This document shows positions 31,668 to 32,000 of a DNA stretch of 32,000 nucleotides, piece by piece; the first letter of the stretch is position 1; each line of letters opens with the position of its first letter. Location: positions 15,017 to 47,016 of the forward strand of contig CAZCCD010000008.1 of the NCBI GenBank assembly GCA_964497435.1. Reading direction: 5' to 3'. Source of the stretch: Candidatus Woesearchaeota archaeon (GTDB lineage: Archaea > Nanobdellota > Nanobdellia > Pacearchaeales > GW2011-AR1). A model generated the notes under the pieces. It had not been told where the DNA came from. It saw only the letters and a list, made by a program, of their open reading frames with translations, and made no database searches. A program made the position numbers and the translations under genes.

Positions 31668-31943
31668 TTATTTTTTTCTAACATAAACTTTCTCTACTTT
31701 AAATGATTTGTAAATTCCTTCTAAAATATCTGTTCCTGCATAACCAGCAAGCAATGATAATCTTGGATCAAAATCAAATATAATTCCGACAAAAATACCG
31801 ATGACAACTGCAATAGCAACAGTAATTGCATAATAATTCCATAAAATTCGCCTTTTCAAGCTTAATGCCTTTAATAATCCGACAACTCCTCTTGTTAAAC
31901 CTCCAACTCCTCCAAGTAATCCAGCAGAAAAAATAGGATCCAT
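31668..31943 (-). CDS. small Gly-rich two-TM membrane protein
   Basis: 91 aa. FSAGLLGGVGGLTRGVVGLL plus ITVAIAVVIGIFVGIIF. Confidence 0.4.
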   Translation of the reverse strand: MDPIFSAGLLGGVGGLTRGVVGLLKALSLKRRILWNYYAITVAIAVVIGIFVGIIFDFDPRLSLLAGYAGTDILEGIYKSFKVEKVYVRKK

Positions 31944-32000
31944 ACATGTTTACCTCTTTTTACAGAATAAATTAAAGATATATTTAAGTGTTTTGGTTTT

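Noticed and set aside
1-32000. CRISPR arrays, rRNA genes, transposases, integrases, and additional tRNAs.
   Set aside because: I saw no regularly spaced direct repeats, no rRNA-like conserved blocks, no DDE or tyrosine/serine recombinase motifs in any ORF, and no second T-arm-like GGTTCRANYCC box on either strand. This was a visual scan only, so a covariance-model scan should confirm it.

Overview
AT-rich chromosomal segment from an archaeon. The archaeal markers are aRF1 with NIKS and GGQ motifs, RpoL, r-proteins S19e/L39e/L31e, RadB, an archaeal-type RNase P RNA and an intron-containing tRNA. Gene density, leaderless-type promoters and a TAA-dominated stop codon set fit a small-genome DPANN-like lineage (inference). 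Positions 1-17000 are a dense, mostly minus-strand housekeeping block: NreA-like, RadB, RpoL, MBF1-like, processive GT2, ScpB, aRF1, ValRS, L31e/L39e/S19e, YhbY-like, NFACT-R/DUF814, MFS transporter and CysRS. Positions 17000-20000 hold a type IV pilin-like gene and a geranylgeranyl reductase. They also hold two RNA genes the ORF track cannot show: tRNA-Phe(GAA) with a ~33-nt intron at a non-canonical position, and an RNase P RNA of ~315 nt. Positions 20000-32000 are accessory-looking: orphan small ORFs, a signal-peptide protein resembling a bacterial outer-membrane beta-barrel, a PepSY protein, two membrane-protein plus winged-helix pairs, a Cys-rich secreted protein and an RHH protein. The best candidate for something new is a translationally coupled pair of large secreted right-handed beta-helix proteins (643 and 1075 aa). 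Both end in a Cys-bracketed dockerin-like module, and no cohesin partner is visible. Other non-obvious signals: a family of three homologous intergenic spacers in front of unrelated genes; a small conserved ORF broken by an in-frame TGA exactly at a conserved Trp; mutually exclusive helices in the pilin leader; a four-tract G-quadruplex motif; and a C7 tract beside the beta-helix operon promoter. No CRISPR array, transposase, integrase or rRNA was seen. All homology calls come from motif recognition by eye, not database searches.
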